A stretch of DNA of 64,000 nt from Polyangiaceae bacterium (GTDB lineage: Bacteria > Myxococcota_A > Polyangia > Polyangiales > Polyangiaceae), in NCBI GenBank assembly GCA_050287085.1, contig JBNKBE010000011.1, positions 96,001 through 160,000 on the forward strand. Reading direction: 5' to 3'. The notes under the pieces are model-generated. The model worked only from the letters and a program-made list of their open reading frames with translations, did no database searches and had not been told where the DNA came from. How positions within the stretch are numbered: position 1 is the stretch's first letter; each line of letters opens with the position of its first letter. Both the position numbers and the translations under genes were made by a program. Of this stretch, positions 1 to 10,123 are shown in pieces.

Positions 1-1104
1 GCCATCCAGGCGCGTCTGCGCGTACAACTTGGCTACCTGCCCGATTGGCTCATCTTCGACAATCAAGTCCGGCAGCGCTTCACACGACTGGAGTTCAGCG
101 ACCGACTGGAGCGCCGCAATACCCTCACCTTCGAGTTCCCCATCGCCAAGCGGCTTCGGCTCACGGTGGACGGGGTGGATGCGCGAGACAACTCGCGCGA
201 CTTCGGCCTCACTAAGCGCGCGGGGCTCTTGACCTTTGGCTACCGCCCAAGCCGCGCCATCTCCTTGCAGATCGGCGCTTCCTTCGAGCTCAATGACGCC
301 CGTATCTTCAACGCGACGGAGAGTCTCGAAACCTATCTGCGCTCCAACCCTCAGCTTGTTCGCCTGCTGAACGTCCCAGACGGGCGCAGCTTTGCTCTGG
401 CGGGCCGCATCGGCGCCAATCTCGACCGGACCGACAATCCACTCGGCGCCACCCGAGGCTATCGCTTGTCCGCAGAGATTGAACCTGTCATCGCGTTCTT
501 GAGCGAGGACAACGTCCTATTCGTACCCGAGCAGTGCTCCGGCCCTAATGCAACGAGCAGTTGCGAATTCAAGAGTCGCTTCTTGAAGGTTACGCAAAGC
601 ATGGCCGGCTATATTCCCTTCAATGACGCCGGCCTCAGTCTCGCCTTGAGTTTGCGGTGGGGAGCCAACATACAACTAGTGCCAAATTCCAGCACCTACC
701 CGGATCGCTTGTTCTTCTTCGGCGGCGGCGACTCCCTTCGCGGATTCCTGCAGGCGTCCGTGATCCCACAAGACATAGCCGCCGAGCTCCGACCGGGGGC
801 GGATGCCACAGAGCTCCACCCCGAGGATGTGGTCATTCGCGGAGGTGACTTCGTGTTGAACCCCCGTGCCGAGCTGCGCATTCCACTCACCAAGTCAATT
901 CATACTGCTGTATTCGTGGATAGCGGAAACGTGTGGCGCAAGCTGGAGAACGTAGACCCGACCCAGCTACGCTATACCGCAGGCACCGGTATCCGCGCGA
1001 TCACACCCATCGGCCCGCTTGCCTTCGACTATGGTATCAAGTTGGATCCGCGCTTCTACGACACGTCACCGGGAGCTTTTCACTTCAGCGTCGGACTGTT
1101 CTGA
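1..1104 (+). CDS. Omp85/BamA-TamA family outer-membrane beta-barrel protein, C-terminal part (5'-truncated by window edge)
   Basis: Frame 1 is open from base 1. Contains FFFGGGDSLRGF (VRGF/Y-like loop 6), FVDSGNVW, GIRAITPIGPLAFDYG and the beta-signal ending FHFSVGLF. Confidence 0.9.
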   Translation, partial: AIQARLRVQLGYLPDWLIFDNQVRQRFTRLEFSDRLERRNTLTFEFPIAKRLRLTVDGVDARDNSRDFGLTKRAGLLTFGYRPSRAISLQIGASFELNDARIFNATESLETYLRSNPQLVRLLNVPDGRSFALAGRIGANLDRTDNPLGATRGYRLSAEIEPVIAFLSEDNVLFVPEQCSGPNATSSCEFKSRFLKVTQSMAGYIPFNDAGLSLALSLRWGANIQLVPNSSTYPDRLFFFGGGDSLRGFLQASVIPQDIAAELRPGADATELHPEDVVIRGGDFVLNPRAELRIPLTKSIHTAVFVDSGNVWRKLENVDPTQLRYTAGTGIRAITPIGPLAFDYGIKLDPRFYDTSPGAFHFSVGLF

Positions 1105-1141
1105 GCTCTCTGCCCCTCACCCCGCTCCTCAAAGCATCTTC

Positions 1142-1861
1142 ATGAACCGATCCGCCCAAGAGCTCGACGCCAACGTTGAGCGAAAAAAGTTCGATCGAGC
1201 GGCACGCAACTATGAACAACTGCTCAACGAGAGCATTGGAGCAAGTGGCGAGTCCGCTGACTACTTTCGACAGCACAAGGTCGAGTGCCTGAGGACACAT
1301 GGGGCACAAACCCCGCTGTTGGACTTTGGCTGCGGAACGGGTGGTGTCACCCGCTACCTGGTCGAGGCCTTTGACGAGGTGCACGGCGTTGACGCCTCAC
1401 TCGAGAGCTTAAGTGTGGCCCGCCGCCGCGTCGACAGCGCAACGTTCTACGAGCACCCAGAGCGAATCCCCAAAGGGCATTTTCGTAGCGTGCTGGTATC
1501 GGGAGTCCTCCACCACGTTCCGCCAGGACAGCGCCGCGCAGTTCTGCGTCGCATCTGGCGATCCCTGCGCCCGGGCGGCCGCATCTTCGTCTTCGAGCAC
1601 AACCCTCTCAACCCCCTGACGCGGCGGGCTGTCGCTCAGTGCGAATTCGACGACGACGCGGTATTGCTATGGCCGGGGGAGCTGCGACGTCGGTTGTTGA
1701 GCGCTGGTTTTGAAACGCCGCGTGTCCACTACGTGCTGTTCTTTCCCCATTCGCTCGCTTCGCTGCGTCCCTTGGAGCCAAAGCTTGAATGGTGCCCGGC
1801 GGGCGCTCAAACACTGACGGTGGCACGGCGCCCCGTCAGCGACGCATGCGACGACGACTAG
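1142..1861 (+). CDS. Class I SAM-dependent methyltransferase
   Basis: LLDFGCGTG motif I, VHGVD motif II, GVLHHV and LRPGGRIFVFEHNPLNP. ATG at 1142 chosen as start. Confidence 0.88.
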   Translation: MNRSAQELDANVERKKFDRAARNYEQLLNESIGASGESADYFRQHKVECLRTHGAQTPLLDFGCGTGGVTRYLVEAFDEVHGVDASLESLSVARRRVDSATFYEHPERIPKGHFRSVLVSGVLHHVPPGQRRAVLRRIWRSLRPGGRIFVFEHNPLNPLTRRAVAQCEFDDDAVLLWPGELRRRLLSAGFETPRVHYVLFFPHSLASLRPLEPKLEWCPAGAQTLTVARRPVSDACDDD

Positions 1862-2262
1862 AGGCTGTCGCGGGTCCAGCGATACAGCTGGAAAGCCCCT
1901 CGGCTTGACTCAGGGTGCGTCTGTGCATCCCCGTCCAAGGTGTCTCTAGCCCTGGTCCGAGGCGCCGCGAACACGGTGATCTGCCTCGGATTGCGACACC
2001 CTTGAGATCAAGTATCACGAGAGGATTCCGTTCGCGCCCCATCTTGGGAACGGAACCGGGTAAGATCCGCGTCGCGATGATGCGCGCTGATGCTGCAACA
2101 GGCACCCCCCGGCTGGATGGGTCCCACAAAGGACACGGTCCCTCTAGCGCCGAAATTCGCGGCTGGTAGCATAGGGAACTGCGGAACGTCGCGAACGTTA
2201 CCGGAGTGCCCGCGACTTTTGTCCATCGTGGGACCGCATAGACCGATACTGATGGAGACTCA

Positions 2263-3186
2263 ATGCTTCGCAATCACGCTCGTACCCTAGGTTTGACTGG
2301 CCTCTGTGCCCTGCTCGGCGCCGTCGCCTGTGCGGAAGACACGGAGCCTGCCGGAGCGAACAACGACGGGAACGGACCGGTTGTTATCGCCCCTGATCTC
2401 GGGGCAGGTGCTGCCGGCACCACGGCCGCTCCCACCGGCCCCACCAACAATCCACCGACCCAGCCACCGCTTAACACAGCCGGCACCACTGGTAATCCGA
2501 TGGCGGGCGCCGCGGGTAGTGCACCGGACACGACGGACCCCGTCGGAGCAGCCGGTGCCGCAGGCAACGACACGATGCCCGACACAGGCAACGACACCGC
2601 GCCCATGGGCAATCCCGATGCTGAACCCGAGGTTCCAATCACGGCCGATGGCTGGTTCGGTGCCGATAGCAACTTCTACGGCTTCACCGGCTCTTGGTAC
2701 TGCTACGACGACTCCGCGGCCACGGGCAACACCACCTCGTGTGTGACCGACGAACCGCCGCTGAGAGACGGCAAGATGTGTCTGAGCGGCACCACGACCG
2801 TCCGCGACATGGGCGACTACACGAATTGGGGCGCGGCGATCGAAGTCGCCCTACAAGACGACGGCGGAACCAAGAAGCCCTACGACGCGGCAGCCGCGGG
2901 TATCAAGGGCTTCTCTTTCACCATCGAAGGCGACACGGGCGGAGCTGTGCTCGAGTTCCAGATACCTCGTGAAGCTTCCGCTGAGGACGCGCCGCCCTCT
3001 ACCGTCGTGAGCACCGCTGGCGACTACACCGTTGACTTTGGCGATCTGATGTCCGCGAGCTGGGATACGATCGAGCCGGGAGCCGGCCCCAACCCCGACA
3101 GCCTCTACATCATGGTCTGGAAGGTCAAGGGAGGCGAATCGGCCAGTTCATACGACTTCTGCGTCACCAACGTAAAAGCCTACTGA
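2263..3186 (+). CDS. Lipoprotein with Pro/Thr/Gly-rich linker and C-terminal putative carbohydrate-binding beta-sandwich domain
   Basis: Lipobox-like LLGAVAC. Low-complexity linker, then an aromatic/Cys-containing domain (GSWYCYDD, NWGAAIEV, YDFCVTNV). GGAG precedes the ATG. Confidence 0.65.
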   Translation: MLRNHARTLGLTGLCALLGAVACAEDTEPAGANNDGNGPVVIAPDLGAGAAGTTAAPTGPTNNPPTQPPLNTAGTTGNPMAGAAGSAPDTTDPVGAAGAAGNDTMPDTGNDTAPMGNPDAEPEVPITADGWFGADSNFYGFTGSWYCYDDSAATGNTTSCVTDEPPLRDGKMCLSGTTTVRDMGDYTNWGAAIEVALQDDGGTKKPYDAAAAGIKGFSFTIEGDTGGAVLEFQIPREASAEDAPPSTVVSTAGDYTVDFGDLMSASWDTIEPGAGPNPDSLYIMVWKVKGGESASSYDFCVTNVKAY

Positions 3187-3209
3187 CTCGCGGTTAACGC
3201 GAGGAAGGC

Positions 3210-3249
3210 GAAAGAAGCGCGCTCCCTTAACGGGCAGCGCGCTTCTTTC
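3210..3249. terminator. Bidirectional intrinsic terminator-like hairpin between convergent transcription units
   Basis: 14-bp inverted repeat gaaagaagcgcgct ... agcgcgcttctttc with A/T-rich flanks, just after the stop at 3186. Confidence 0.7.
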
Positions 3250-3255
3250 ATTCCC

Positions 3256-3401
3256 AGGGCCCGCGACCAGGAAAGTCAGTCGCGTGCCGGGCGGGACCTC
3301 CGCGTGGGGAGCGCAGGTAGCTCGAGGAGCGCAGGGACGAGCCCGCCCCCCAACGGCAAGAGGTCGGTCCGTGTAGCAGGACTTTCCCATTCGCGAGCCC
3401 T
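3256..3401 (-). ncRNA. Candidate structured RNA / dispersed fold-back element, copy 1
   Basis: 22-nt terminal arms (3256-3277, 3380-3401) pair at 18/22, and 3 of the 4 mismatches are G-U wobbles on the minus strand. Homologous to 59452-59589. Confidence 0.45.
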
Positions 3402-3417
3402 TCGCAAGCTGCCTACC

Positions 3418-4047
3418 TCAACCAGCGAAGCCGTTGAAGTAGGGCAGGGCGGCCGCGGTTTTCTCGATTTCTGTACGCCCAGCAAGCAACTCCGTAGTCG
3501 AGTCCCATCGGCCTTCGATGAAGGCTTGACGCGGCCCTTCTGGCATTTCGAAAGAGACGACGAGGCTGCCCGCACGAATGCTCTTCTCGCGCAGATTCAC
3601 CCTCAGCTCGAGCGTCGGCTCACGCTCCACGGCCGCCATCAGGGCTTCGACATCAGCCGCGCTGACCACGGGGCAAGGGATCCCAAGCGCGATGCAGTTG
3701 CCGTAGAAGATCTCAGCGAAGCTCTCTCCTATGATAGCTCCGATCCCCTGGCCCCAGCGCATGATGGCTTGCGGCGCATGCTCACGCGATGAGCCACAGC
3801 CAAAGTTCTTATTCACCAGCATGACCCGGGCGTTAGAAAAGCGCTCTTCATCGAGGGGATGCGTCTTGCCGGCCTCTCTTAGCTGCTCACGGTCGTCTTC
3901 GAATGCGTGCTGTCCCAACCCGTCGAATACGGTCGTTCGAAGGTAGCGGGCAGGAATGATGCGATCGGTATCAACATCGTTGCCCCGCACCGGAATACCC
4001 GGCCCAACAATTTCGGCTCGCTTAACGCCGTCCATATCTTGACTCAT
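3418..4047 (-). CDS. leuD: 3-isopropylmalate dehydratase small subunit
   Basis: [37 protein letters not shown]. Confidence 0.97.
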   Translation of the reverse strand: MSQDMDGVKRAEIVGPGIPVRGNDVDTDRIIPARYLRTTVFDGLGQHAFEDDREQLREAGKTHPLDEERFSNARVMLVNKNFGCGSSREHAPQAIMRWGQGIGAIIGESFAEIFYGNCIALGIPCPVVSAADVEALMAAVEREPTLELRVNLREKSIRAGSLVVSFEMPEGPRQAFIEGRWDSTTELLAGRTEIEKTAAALPYFNGFAG

Positions 4048-4068
4048 TATTGCTTCTCCTGCTCCGGT

Positions 4069-5487
<1,419 letters not shown>

Positions 5488-5568
5488 GTTGTTTCCTTCT
5501 GCTCGAGCACCGCTGACTGAGGCCCGGCCAGCGGTGCGAGCCAAGCCAGTCCAGCGGTGCAGTCGTGT

Positions 5569-6024
5569 CTAGACGCTTCTACTCTTCTGCAGCATGCGCT
5601 CCAGGCCATTGCCAAGGGCTGCCGCAAAGTCCGAGAACTGATCCAGTTGTGCCCCGTCGAGCTGCGACCAGACCTCTTCAATGGCTTGGGCGCGGCTACG
5701 TCGGAGCCTGCTCATCACCCGTCTCCCCTTGACCGTCAAGGTGTAGGTCCGCTTGCGTGCATCTGCATCGCTGAGACTGACCGCGACGAGTTCCTTTTCG
5801 AGAAGCTGGCGCAACGTCTTCGAAACGGCGGCGGCTGAGCTCTCGCGCCGACGAGCAAACATGCTTGGCATGAAGTGCTCAGTTGCCACCTCCTCCAGCA
5901 CCTCCCATTGCTGTTCAGTCACCCCGACGCTCTCAGCCAGGGCACTCCGTCGTTTGCGGAACAACTCCGTCAACCGCTGTAGCTGGCCAATAGCACGATG
6001 AATCTGTTCAGTGGAAGGCACCAC
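5569..6024 (-). CDS. MarR family transcriptional regulator
   Basis: 151 aa. GVTEQQWEVL, AVSKTLRQLLEKELV recognition helix, DARKRTYTLTVKG wing motif. Confidence 0.9.
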   Translation of the reverse strand: MVPSTEQIHRAIGQLQRLTELFRKRRSALAESVGVTEQQWEVLEEVATEHFMPSMFARRRESSAAAVSKTLRQLLEKELVAVSLSDADARKRTYTLTVKGRRVMSRLRRSRAQAIEEVWSQLDGAQLDQFSDFAAALGNGLERMLQKSRSV

Positions 6025-6030
6025 GCCCCT

Positions 6031-6059
6031 ATTATTAACCCACGTTAACTATTAATCAA
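6031..6059 (-). promoter_or_regulatory. Putative marR promoter with overlapping palindromic operator
   Basis: AT-rich island. Minus strand reads TTGATT-N17-AATAAT, ending 6 nt before the GTG. TTAAC-N4-GTTAA palindrome (6035-6048) lies in the spacer. Confidence 0.5.
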
Positions 6060-6107
6060 GGGAGAACTTCGCGGAAGCTCTGGGCAACCGGCGTCCCCCC
6101 TGATACT

Positions 6108-7622
6108 TTGCCTCTCGTGAGTGCCGTCTTGGGCGTGTTGAGTCGCTCGGATCCCGTCTTCGCCGGTACGGGCCTGTTGGCTGCATTGGTCCTACTAGTG
6201 GCCCATGCGTTGCTCGTTGCGCGCGAGGACCGTCATGGCGCTCGAGCTCCGCTCGTCATGCTCGGCGGGCACGTCGCGCTCACGTTCGTTCTTCACGCCT
6301 TGGGGCGTGACCACCGTGCAGAAGCCTTGGTTCGGATCTCCGCCGCCACGCTGCTCCTACTGAGCCTCGGGCGGCTGGTCTTCCTGCTCTTCGTCAACTC
6401 ATTTTGGATCCGGCGCTTTGCGCAGCCGCTGCCCAAGATCTTCCGTGATGTCGTTCAGGCCTTCATCTACGTGGGGGTTGGGCTCTTGGTCCTACGAGTC
6501 GGAGGCGTCGAACCGGGCTCTTTGCTGACGACGTCAGCACTATTGACCGCGGTCATCGGTCTATCGTTGCAAGACACACTCGGAAACCTATTTGCCGGTC
6601 TGGCGATTCAAGTTCAGCGCCCATTCGACGTAGGAGACTGGATCGAGTTCGACGGTGATACCGCTCACGCCGGGCAAGTGCTGGAGATCAACTGGCGAGC
6701 CACCCGGATTCGCACTCTGGGAAGGGTTGAAATCACCGTCCCCAACGGGGCCCTCGCCCGCGCCCCAATAGTCAACTACTCCACCCCCACCGCCGTGGTG
6801 CGCCGTGAGGTCACCATCGCTTGCCCCCTCGACGTATCCCCCGAGCAAGCAAGAACTACCTTGCTCCAGGGTCTGACCGATGTCCCGGGTGTGCTGCAAG
6901 AGCCCCCTCCAAACGCATTGCTGGATGACTACAGCGACCGAGGGCTCTCGTTTCGGGTGGTCTACTTCATCAATAGTTTCGAACAACGTGAACGCGTCGC
7001 CAGCCGAGTCCGAGAGCAACTCTGGTACGCCTTGGCGCGAGCCGGCACCGCAATCCCGATGCCACAACGCGAGCTGACCGTGCAGCGACGCGGTCCTTCA
7101 TACGCCTCTCCTCGGACTGCAAACGTCGAGCTACTGCGCCAGCTCGACTTCTTCTCCTCGTTGCAGAATGCCGAGCTCGACACGCTGGCCAAGAGTTGCC
7201 GGACCTTGATGTTCGGGCCAGGTGAATACATCGTGCGGACCGGAGAGGAGGACCGCAAAATGTTTGTGATTGCGGCAGGGCGAGTACGCATTGCCTCGCG
7301 CCACAACCTCCCTGACCAGTCGAATACAGTCGCGCACCTCGGTCCGGGCGACTTCTTTGGCGAAATGTCACTCATGACAGGCGCCGCACGCTCAGCCGAC
7401 GTGATCGCCGAGACAGAAGCTCACGTCTTGGTGCTCACACGCGACTCAATAGCCCCTCTACTGGAACGACACCCCGAGTTGGTCGAGCGCATCAGCCAAG
7501 TGCTTGCAGTGCGACGTGCACGACTTGACGAGCTAGACGGCTCACATTCAAAAGCCCCGGCAAAAAAGGCCGACGACGAGGCGGAGCTACTACAACGTAT
7601 CCGCCGATTCTTCGCTCTTTGA
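6108..7622 (+). CDS. MscS-family mechanosensitive channel with C-terminal cyclic-nucleotide-binding domain
   Basis: IGLSLQDTLGNLFAGLAIQVQRPFDVGDWI and INWRATRI (MscS). LGPGDFFGEMSLMTGAARSADV (cNMP-binding). Confidence 0.93.
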   Translation: MPLVSAVLGVLSRSDPVFAGTGLLAALVLLVAHALLVAREDRHGARAPLVMLGGHVALTFVLHALGRDHRAEALVRISAATLLLLSLGRLVFLLFVNSFWIRRFAQPLPKIFRDVVQAFIYVGVGLLVLRVGGVEPGSLLTTSALLTAVIGLSLQDTLGNLFAGLAIQVQRPFDVGDWIEFDGDTAHAGQVLEINWRATRIRTLGRVEITVPNGALARAPIVNYSTPTAVVRREVTIACPLDVSPEQARTTLLQGLTDVPGVLQEPPPNALLDDYSDRGLSFRVVYFINSFEQRERVASRVREQLWYALARAGTAIPMPQRELTVQRRGPSYASPRTANVELLRQLDFFSSLQNAELDTLAKSCRTLMFGPGEYIVRTGEEDRKMFVIAAGRVRIASRHNLPDQSNTVAHLGPGDFFGEMSLMTGAARSADVIAETEAHVLVLTRDSIAPLLERHPELVERISQVLAVRRARLDELDGSHSKAPAKKADDEAELLQRIRRFFAL

Positions 7623-7694
7623 AGCGTCGCTCGACGGCCATCGCGCGGGAGGCGCCCCGCACGACTCAATGACGAGGGGAACGGCCGGGCACGC

Positions 7695-8651
7695 TCAGTG
7701 CCGGCGGGGCGTCACGATCACCTGCACAGGGGCTCTGGACGCGCCCCACGGGCCGCGCTGCTCCCTTCCGTAGGTCGGACGGATCCGGGCCTGGATGTTG
7801 CGCCTGCGAGGCGTATCGCTGAGGGCCAGCAGACGCTCGATTCGTTCCTGGGTGGCAGGATGGGAGTCTAGCCAACCGGACCTCCTGTGCAGTCCAAAAA
7901 GCCGACTCCACAGGCTTAGATTGGCCGATTCAAGCTTGCTGAGGGCGGAGGCCAAAGCCTCCGGCCGTCCCGTGAGAGTGGCGGCTGACGTGTCTGCCGC
8001 AAACTCACGAGAGCGCGAAATGGCGGAATGAAGTACGCCAAAGAGGAGAGGAAGCGTCCAACTCAACAAGACCAGCAGCAGCCAACTCCCCAAGCCTTCA
8101 CCTGTGATCCAAGTTGAGACGAAACCGAGCAGTACCGCGGCGCGCACGAGTGCCAGCGCCGACTGAGCCGCGGCCACGGTCCAGCGCTTGAGTCGAGTGT
8201 CCCCATGGCGCAGATGGCTTATCTCGTGTGCGACAACGGCTTCTAGCTCGTCCGGATCGAGACGCTGAAGGAGACCTGCGCTGAGGGCAAGAGCCCCACG
8301 CGCGTCACGGGTTTCAACCGCCATCGCGTTCGGCACCGGGGATGGCAGCCAGTACAAGCGCGGTGCGGCAATCCCCACACGATGACTGAGTGTCGATACG
8401 ATCAGCGTCAACTCACGGGCGGCGTGTTCACCGAGCGGCCTAGCCCGCGAGAGTCGCAAGACCAGTTCCCCATTGGCTGTTGCGATCCCGGTCAGGGCAA
8501 GAAGCGCGGCCCCCCCTATGAGACCCGGCATGCCGAGCAAGAAGTAGCTGACCCATCCCGCCAAAGCCACGATCGCCGCCGCGAGCGCCGAGCTCCTGAG
8601 CGCGTCAGCCTTGAGAAGTCGATGAGCCAGCGAGTGGGTACGAGGGGACAT
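7695..8651 (-). CDS. htpX: M48 family (HtpX-like) membrane zinc metalloprotease
   Basis: PNAMA, AVVAHEISHL (HExxH), SRSREFAAD, SHPATQERI and TM segments. Confidence 0.85.
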   Translation of the reverse strand: MSPRTHSLAHRLLKADALRSSALAAAIVALAGWVSYFLLGMPGLIGGAALLALTGIATANGELVLRLSRARPLGEHAARELTLIVSTLSHRVGIAAPRLYWLPSPVPNAMAVETRDARGALALSAGLLQRLDPDELEAVVAHEISHLRHGDTRLKRWTVAAAQSALALVRAAVLLGFVSTWITGEGLGSWLLLVLLSWTLPLLFGVLHSAISRSREFAADTSAATLTGRPEALASALSKLESANLSLWSRLFGLHRRSGWLDSHPATQERIERLLALSDTPRRRNIQARIRPTYGREQRGPWGASRAPVQVIVTPRRH

Positions 8652-8733
8652 GGCAGTTTCAACCTGCGGCGCCTCCCCTTGATGTCAAGCCCCGGACCTA
8701 CATTGACAAGCCTTCCTTCGGCCCCAGGGGGGC

Positions 8734-9756
8734 TCAAAGGTCAAACTCTATCCCAAGCGTCGGTCCGAGAAAGTACGTGGGCGCCCGCGCCACCCAGCGC
8801 GCTGATTTGGGACTGGACCCGTCAGCACGCAAGGCACTTGGCCATTCCGCGTAGGCGGTAAGAGCAAGGGTGAAGGCATCACTCCGCCCCAGGCGAATGC
8901 CCAGATCGCCCATTACAAAAGGCGTTGTATAGGCACGCACGATAGCGTCCTCTCCGTCCATATACCAAACGGCCCCGCGGCGCAGAAAGCCGGCACCACC
9001 GGAGCCAAAGACGCCGAAGCGGCCCCATTGGCTGAAGGCGCGAGCGGAGACACCAAGCCCCGCGCCGTAGCGCAATACGCTGGCCGTGATCTGCTGCTCT
9101 CGAATCTCCTGTCGATCCATGTTTTGGCCATTTGCTGAACTATCGCCGCTCAGCTCTCCGCCCAGGTCAATTCCGAGCTCGGCGAGCTCGCCTGGAGTGA
9201 GCGTTAAGCCATCCGGACCCAGCGCAGCCCCAAAGCCCGTCGCATTGCCCGATAGCTGCCCCTGACCGTCGACCACCCCATCCAGCCCCGCTTGTGGAAC
9301 GGATACCCGCGTCCTACGGGTAAATGATCCCCAGGAGTAGTCCAGCAGGGCCAAACCAAACCCCCCCACGGCAAAATGTGACCACTCGTGGCTCATGCCG
9401 ACCCTGAAGGCAGCCCCAATCGGCGTCAGCGCACGACACGGGGCTCCCGGACAGTGTGTGCTGAAAGCGTGACGGCGGACGTCGCCCCATAGCGCCGTCA
9501 TCGAGCTGTCGAACACCCCCTTCCGACCGCCCCCGTGACGCGCGCCCCCGTGACGCGCGCCGCCTCGACGGTGGCCACTCTCCTGTCGACGGAGGGGCGC
9601 TTCCAGACTACCCACTACCGGGGGCAAGGCCTCCGGGTTCTCACCTGCGCGTTCCACAGCACCCCGACCCGTCGCGGACCAAGCGACGTGAGGGATGACG
9701 ATGAGCGCTACGATCAACGAAGCTCTCCCGACGACCAATGTGGATCGTGATGGCAT
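8734..9756 (-). CDS. Hypothetical secreted/outer-membrane beta-strand-rich protein
   Basis: Signal-peptide-like N-terminus from ATG 9756, Gly/aromatic alternating strands, C-terminal LGIEFDL. Start uncertain. Confidence 0.5.
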   Translation of the reverse strand: MPSRSTLVVGRASLIVALIVIPHVAWSATGRGAVERAGENPEALPPVVGSLEAPLRRQESGHRRGGARHGGARHGGGRKGVFDSSMTALWGDVRRHAFSTHCPGAPCRALTPIGAAFRVGMSHEWSHFAVGGFGLALLDYSWGSFTRRTRVSVPQAGLDGVVDGQGQLSGNATGFGAALGPDGLTLTPGELAELGIDLGGELSGDSSANGQNMDRQEIREQQITASVLRYGAGLGVSARAFSQWGRFGVFGSGGAGFLRRGAVWYMDGEDAIVRAYTTPFVMGDLGIRLGRSDAFTLALTAYAEWPSALRADGSSPKSARWVARAPTYFLGPTLGIEFDL

Positions 9757-9906
9757 GAGCGCGCCAAAACTCCGCAGGACAAAGAGCAGCGAGCTCCGGG
9801 CGAATAGGTTCGAAGGGAACGCCTCGCGGCTTTTTTCGGTCTCGGGCTGGCAAGAGGATAAAACGTGCATGGTTCTCCGCGGTCGAGCGCACTCGCGCCT
9901 CCGAGA

Positions 9907-9922
9907 TGCAAGACGGGTGCCG
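9907..9922 (-). promoter_or_regulatory. Putative sigma54 (-24/-12) promoter for the 8734-9756 gene
   Basis: Minus strand CGGCACCCGTCTTGCA has exact GG-N10-GC spacing, about 150 nt upstream of the ATG. Confidence 0.55.
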
Positions 9923-10123
9923 CACCATCCGGCGGAACTGATTCGCTGCTTTTTCCGTATTGGCGCCAAAATACAGGCGAAGATCCTTCGCGCTGCCCGC
10001 AGCGGCACCAGCCAGGTGGGGAGGAAGCGCCCTACCGTCACCTGCAAGACACGACATCGCGATCATGGCTAACGGCAGGGGCGTAGGGGTACGGAGGCTG
10101 AGGCGGCAAAAAGCAAAGCTGCC

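Noticed and set aside
1741..1754. Third copy of the fold-back element (ctttccccattcgc)
   Set aside because: Short imperfect match inside the methyltransferase CDS with none of the other colinear blocks.
3256..3401. 6S RNA or SRP RNA identity for the fold-back element
   Set aside because: It is shorter than a typical 6S RNA and I cannot see a convincing central bubble or the SRP GGAA/GCAG loop motif. A cmscan is needed to exclude this fully.
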